In this document: in pieces, positions 59,605 through 64,000 of the stretch
Layout of the letters: each line of letters starts with the position of its first letter
Numbering within the stretch: the stretch's first letter is position 1
NCBI GenBank assembly: GCA_963833225.1
Contig: CAWHXD010000019.1
Coordinates: forward strand, 384,001-448,000
Length of the DNA stretch: 64,000 nucleotides
Reading direction: 5' to 3'
From: an uncultured Chloroflexia bacterium
GTDB lineage: Bacteria > Chloroflexota > Limnocylindria > Limnocylindrales > CSP1-4
The notes under the pieces: model-generated
The model's input: only the letters and a program-made list of their open reading frames with translations
Told to the model about the DNA's origin: nothing
The model's database searches: none
Translations under genes and position numbers: made by a program

Positions 59605-59618
59605 TGGTAACGTTACCA
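59605..59618. promoter_or_regulatory. Perfect LacI-type palindromic operator in a divergent promoter
   Basis: TGGTAACGTTACCA between the epimerase and manC starts. Confidence 0.75.
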
Positions 59619-59659
59619 AATGCGATGGCCGGTTGTCTACCCCCGGAGGGACATCCCCA

Positions 59660-60820
59660 ATGTACGCAGTCATCCTGGCCGGCGGGGGCGGAACCCGCCT
59701 GTGGCCCCTGTCACGGCCCGAGAAGCCCAAGCCCTTCCTGCCGCTGATCGGTGACCGGACGCTGCTCCAGCGCACCTGGGACCGGGTCGTGCCGGGGCTC
59801 GTGGGTGCTGCCGATGTGGCGGTGGTCACCGATGTCCGGTACGCAGGCCTGGTCCGCGACCAGCTGCCCGACCTTCGCGACGAGATGCTGCTCGAAGAAC
59901 CGGTGGGCCGCAACACCGCGGCGGCCCTGGCGTTCGCGGCCGCGGCCGTCGACCGGCCGGAGGACGAGGTCATGCTCGTTCTCCCGGCCGACCATCTCGT
60001 CGCCGACGAGCCCGCGTTCCGGGCCATCCTGCGCCAGGCCGCCGACGTCGCTGCGGCGATGCCGCCCGACCGCGGGCCGGGGCGGCTGGTCACGCTCGGG
60101 ATCGCGGCCGATGGGCCCGAGACCGGCTACGGCTACATCGTGGCCGGGCGCCGCGATCGACGGGCACGATCCGGCGGTCGCCGTCGCGCGGTTCGTCGAG
60201 AAGCCATCGGCCGACGAGGCCGCCGCGATGCTCGACGGGCCCCACGCAGGTCGCCTGGAACGCCGGGATCTTCCTGTGGCGGCGTGATGCGCTCCGGGCC
60301 GCCTTCGAGGCGGGGTCGCCCGACATCCTCCGGGCCGTCGAACGTGGCGTGTCCGGTGGCCCGGCGGGACTCGAGGCCGCCTATGCGACCGTCCGGGCGA
60401 CATCGATCGACTATGCCGTGCTCGAGCCGGCTGCCGCTGCCGGGCGGGTGGCGATGCTGCGGGCGTCCGTCGGCTGGAGCGATCTCGGGAGCTGGAGCTC
60501 GTTGCGGGACGCCCTTGCGGGACGCAGGCGCCGACCCAGGCGTCGTCGGCCGGGGGCCGCGAACCGATCTCGGATCCGAGCGGACCCTGGTCATCGCCTC
60601 CGACCGGCCGGTGGTCACCATCGGGCTGCGCGACGTGATCGTGGTGGACGCGGGGGACGTGATCCTGGTGGCGGCGGCTGAGGCCTCGCAGCAGGTCAAG
60701 GCCGCGGCCGAGCAGTGGGCGGCGGCCGGAAGCGCTGACGCCCTGTCAGATCGCGAGGTGCGCCCGTCCGTCGGGAAGTCGGAAGCCGATCGGGACGTCG
60801 CCATCGGTGTAGACCCGTGA
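59660..60820 (+). CDS. manC: Mannose-1-phosphate guanylyltransferase; frameshifted
   Basis: ILAGGGGTRLWPLSR..PKPF, EPVGRNTA, PADH, ETGYGYI; FVEKP, WNAGIF, SIDYAV and WSDLGSW lie in alternate frames. Confidence 0.88.
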   Translation: MYAVILAGGGGTRLWPLSRPEKPKPFLPLIGDRTLLQRTWDRVVPGLVGAADVAVVTDVRYAGLVRDQLPDLRDEMLLEEPVGRNTAAALAFAAAAVDRPEDEVMLVLPADHLVADEPAFRAILRQAADVAAAMPPDRGPGRLVTLGIAADGPETGYGYIVAGRRDRRARSGGRRRAVRREAIGRRGRRDARRAPRRSPGTPGSSCGGVMRSGPPSRRGRPTSSGPSNVACPVARRDSRPPMRPSGRHRSTMPCSSRLPLPGGWRCCGRPSAGAISGAGARCGTPLRDAGADPGVVGRGPRTDLGSERTLVIASDRPVVTIGLRDVIVVDAGDVILVAAAEASQQVKAAAEQWAAAGSADALSDREVRPSVGKSEADRDVAIGVDP

Positions 60821-62039
60821 CAGGCGCGTGGCCAGCGCATCCATGACCTCCCAGCTGATCGAGTCCCGCCGATCCGCCAGGTCGTGGACCGTCATCGCGC
60901 CCTCCGCGCCGAGGAGCACCACCTCGTCGCCTGCATCGAAGCCGCGCACATCGGTGACGTCGAGCGCGGTCGCGTCACTGCTGATGCGGCCCACGATCGG
61001 GACCCGATGCCCCCGGGCCAGGCCCCAGCCGTCGGTCGCGTAGGCGCGTGCCCAGCCGTCGGCGTAACCCAGCGGCAGCGTGGCGATGACTGACGACCGG
61101 GTCGCCGTCCAGGTGCCCCCGTAGCCCACGGCTGCCCCAGCCTCGATCGTGGTGACGGTCGTGGCCCGGGCCCGGATTGACAGCGCCGGCCGGAGGCCGC
61201 TCATCGCATTCGCCAGGCGGGACGCGATCGGGATGTCGGGCGGCACGATACCGTAGAAGGCGAGCCCGATCCGGACGAGGTCGTACGCGGGCGACACCCC
61301 CGCGAGCAGCCCACCGGTCGCGTCGAGGTGACGCAGGCCGGGATCGATGCCGGCGGCCCGGAGCGCCGCGAGCAGGCCTTCGAAGCGCGCGACCTGTTTG
61401 CCGACCGCCGCAGGATCGTCAGGGGTGGCCAGGTGCGACCAGGTACCGGCGAGCGCGGGCAGGCCAGCATCGAGCAGCCGTTGGGCCGCGACCACGCCGT
61501 CACCGGGGCTGAGCCCACCCCGGGAAAGGCCGGTGTCGATGCCGAGGTGGACCCGCGGTGCGGCTGCTGGCCCGGCGTCCGACGGGGAATTGTCGGGCGG
61601 TCGGATGGTCACCGACCCCAGCCAGCCGGTGAGCGCTGCGCATCGAGGCCTCATCCGCCACCACGATGTCCAGGGCCGCCTCGATCGCGACCCCGAGCAC
61701 CGTCGGCGGCACCGGGTACTGGACCAGGATCCGGCTCTCGATCCCGCTGTCACGGAGCGCCAGCCCCTCGTCCAACGTGGCAACCACGAGGGTGGTCGCC
61801 CCCCCGGCAACGGCGGCTCGGGCGGCTGCGACGAGACCGTGGCCGTAGCCGTCAGCCTTGACCACGACGCCCAGCGAGGTCTCGGCCGGCAGGGCATCCC
61901 GGAGCCGGCGCGCGTTGTCCGCGAGCACGGCAAGATCCACCTCGACCCACGCCAGCCTGGGCAGCGGCGGCAGCCCAGCGTCGGTGAGGCGTGACTCGAT
62001 CGATCCATCGTGTCGGGTCAGGGCGGCGTCCATGCTCAT
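60746..62039 (-). CDS. alr: Alanine racemase; frameshift ~61640
   Basis: VVKADGYGHG (PLP Lys), VATLDEG, HLGIDTGLSRGG, SHLA, GYGG, GYADG, GRISSD. Confidence 0.9.
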
Positions 62040-62077
62040 GGTTCGGGGTCTCTCCGATGGCGTGTCGCCAGGGCGTG

Positions 62078-62116
62078 GCAGCAAACCTTTACTGTCCCGC
62101 AGCAAAGGTTTACTAT
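62078..62116. promoter_or_regulatory. Tandem palindromic operator pair in the alr/GMC divergent promoter
   Basis: GCAGCAAACCTTTACTGT and GCAGCAAAGGTTTACTAT start 21 bp apart; each is a pseudo-palindrome. Confidence 0.6.
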
Positions 62117-62191
62117 GACGCCTCTTCCATCGTAACCGCCAGTCCCGCTCCAGGCGATCCCGAGCTCGAGTCCCGACGGAAGGAGTCAGCC

Positions 62192-63814
62192 TTGGCCACC
62201 GATCCCGCGGATGTCCTCATCATCGGCGCCGGCGCCTCCGGCGGCGTGGTTGCCCGGCGGCTGGCGGAAGCCGGCTTCGGGGTGGTCTGCCTGGAGCAGG
62301 GCCGCTGGCACGACCGGGCGGAGTACCGAGGGGCGGAGCTCGACTGGGAGCTGACCATGCGCAGGCAGTGGTCCACGAGCCCCAACATTCGCGGCCTCCC
62401 CGAGGACTACCCGATGGACGAGACGGACGCGGAGATCTCGCCGCTGATGTTCTCCGCCGTCGGCGGCTCGATGCTCATCTTCGCCGGCGCCTGGCCGCGA
62501 ATGCTGCCGTCGGACTTTCGCGTCCGCTCCCTCGACGGGATCGCGGACGACTGGCCGCTGACCTACGACGAGCTCCTCCCGTACTACGAGCGCAGCGACC
62601 GTGACATCGGGGTCTCCGGCATGGGCGGCGATCCGGCCTATCCGCCGGGGGCGAGCGACTCCGCCGTTGCCGCCGTTGCCGCTGGGTCCGCGGCGGCCTC
62701 AAGGTCGCCGCGGGCCGATGCGCGCCTGGGCTGGCACTGGTGGCCGGAGCCCAACTCGATCCTGTCCGTCCCCTACGACGGCCGGCGGCCGTGCGTCCAG
62801 CGCGGGACCTGCCAGCAGGGCTGCGGCGAGGGTGCCAAGGCCTCGACTGATCTGACGCACTGGCCAAAGGCCATCGGGGCGGGGGCGCAGCTGATCACCG
62901 GGGCACGGGTGCAGCGGATCGAGACCAACGCGAAGGGTCTCGCCACCGGGCGCCACCTGGATCGATGAGGATGGCCGTGAGCACTTCCAGCCCGCGAAGG
63001 TCGTGGTGCGTCGCCGCGAACGCGATCGGCACCGCCCGGCTCCTGCTGCTGTCCGCGTCGCCGGCGCATCGTGACGGCCTTGCGAACTCGTCCGGGCTGG
63101 TGGGCAAGCGGCTGATGATGCACCCGTTCGCCAACGTCGGGGGGCTGTTCGACGAAGACCTCCAAAGCTGGCAGGGCCAGTTCGGGTGCTCCATCGAGTC
63201 GTTCGAGTTCTACGAGACCGACGAGCGGCGCGGGTTCGTCCGCGGCGCCAAGTGGGGCCTGGCCCGACCTTCGGGCCGATCAACGCGGCGCTCCCCAGCC
63301 GGGCCGGCACGCCAGGTCTGGGGGCCCGATCACCACCTCCACGTCGCGGTCCCACCTCGGGCGCGGTGCCAACTGGGGCCTGTTCGGCGAGGATCTGCCG
63401 GACGAGGCCAACCACGTGACGCTCTCGGCGGTCGCTGACCGACTCGTCGGGCATCCCGGCGCCCGAAGATCCACTACGCGGTGTCGGAGAACTCGCGTCG
63501 GCTGCTGGACTTCCACATCGAGAAGGCGTCGGAGTCACTGATGGAGGCCGGGGCGCACACCGTCGAGGTGGACCGCCTGATGCGCTACTCCGGATGGCAC
63601 CTGCTGGGGACGGCCCGCATGGGCGACGACCCGCGGACGTCCGTGCGTGGACCGCTGGAACCGGACCCACGACGTCCCCAACCTGTACGTCGCAGACGGC
63701 AGCAGCTTCGTGACCTCGGGCGGCGTCAACCCCACCTCGTCCATCTGTGCGCTCGCCCTGCGCGCCGCCGATCACATGGTCGAGACGCGCTTCAACCAGC
63801 AGGTGCCGGCATGA
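62192..63814 (+). CDS. GMC-family flavoprotein oxidoreductase; several frameshifts
   Basis: DVLIIGAGASGG, CLEQG, VGGS, WPLTYDEL.PYY, C..RGTC..GC, ANSSGLVGKRLM.H, HLLGTARMG, NLYVADGS..GGVNPT. Confidence 0.85.
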
Positions 63815-64000
63815 CGGCCCCCAACGAGGCCCCGGCCCTCGACGCGGCCCAGCGCGCGGTCTTCGCCGGCGTGGCCGGGCTGCTCATCCCGGCCGCCCAC
63901 GGCATGCCCTCGGCCGGGGTCGTCGTGGACCAGGCCCGGCTCCGGTTCGTCCTCACGGCGCGCCCGGACCTGGCCGAGCCGCTGGTGGCCGCGCTTCGCC
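63811..64000 (+). CDS. Gluconate-2-dehydrogenase subunit-3-like partner (partial)
   Basis: ATG overlaps the GMC stop; MTAPNE..FAGVAGLLIPAAHGMPSA; position is typical for GMC partner genes. Confidence 0.5.
   Translation, partial: MTAPNEAPALDAAQRAVFAGVAGLLIPAAHGMPSAGVVVDQARLRFVLTARPDLAEPLVAALR

Noticed and set aside
1-64000. tRNA, rRNA, integrase, transposase or phage genes
   Set aside because: None was recognised. Nearly all sequence is accounted for by metabolic CDSs, and composition looks uniform.

Overview
Very GC-rich, gene-dense bacterial DNA. Ala/Pro/Ser-rich lipoprotein linkers suggest a Chloroflexota (Limnocylindria-like) or actinobacteria-like genome; this is inference only. Positions 1-3.8 kb hold an NrfD/NrfC/hexaheme-cytochrome redox module led by an atypical Cys-rich LuxR/NarL regulator. 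Next come mtnA, a CASTOR/POLLUX-like RCK channel, hypothetical genes and a lipid kinase. A ~50 kb 6-deoxy/L-sugar catabolism island follows (10.4-60.8 kb): (i) an L-rhamnose operon (ABC transporter, rhaM, rhaB, rhaI, rhaD) flanked by a SorC-type regulator with a fused E1(alpha-beta)/E2 ThDP dehydrogenase and by a PHP protein, an aldolase-SorD fusion and a SorE-like reductase; (ii) LacI-fucU-fucI; (iii) a corrinoid protein with two UroD/MtaA-fold proteins and a mutarotase; (iv) a LarA homologue plus a non-phosphorylative sugar-acid set (AKR, lactonase, split UxaA, RraA aldolase, FAH, CoA-transferase, MaoC); (v) a GDP-mannose 3,5-epimerase/GHMP kinase/nucleotidyltransferase/ManC unit with a LacI-type operator. 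The window ends with alr, a GMC oxidoreductase and a partial partner gene. Many frameshifts cluster at 7-12, 19.6-22.7 and 58-64 kb and are probably long-read indel errors. No rRNA, tRNA, CRISPR array or mobile element was seen. Family calls come from recognised motifs, not from database searches.
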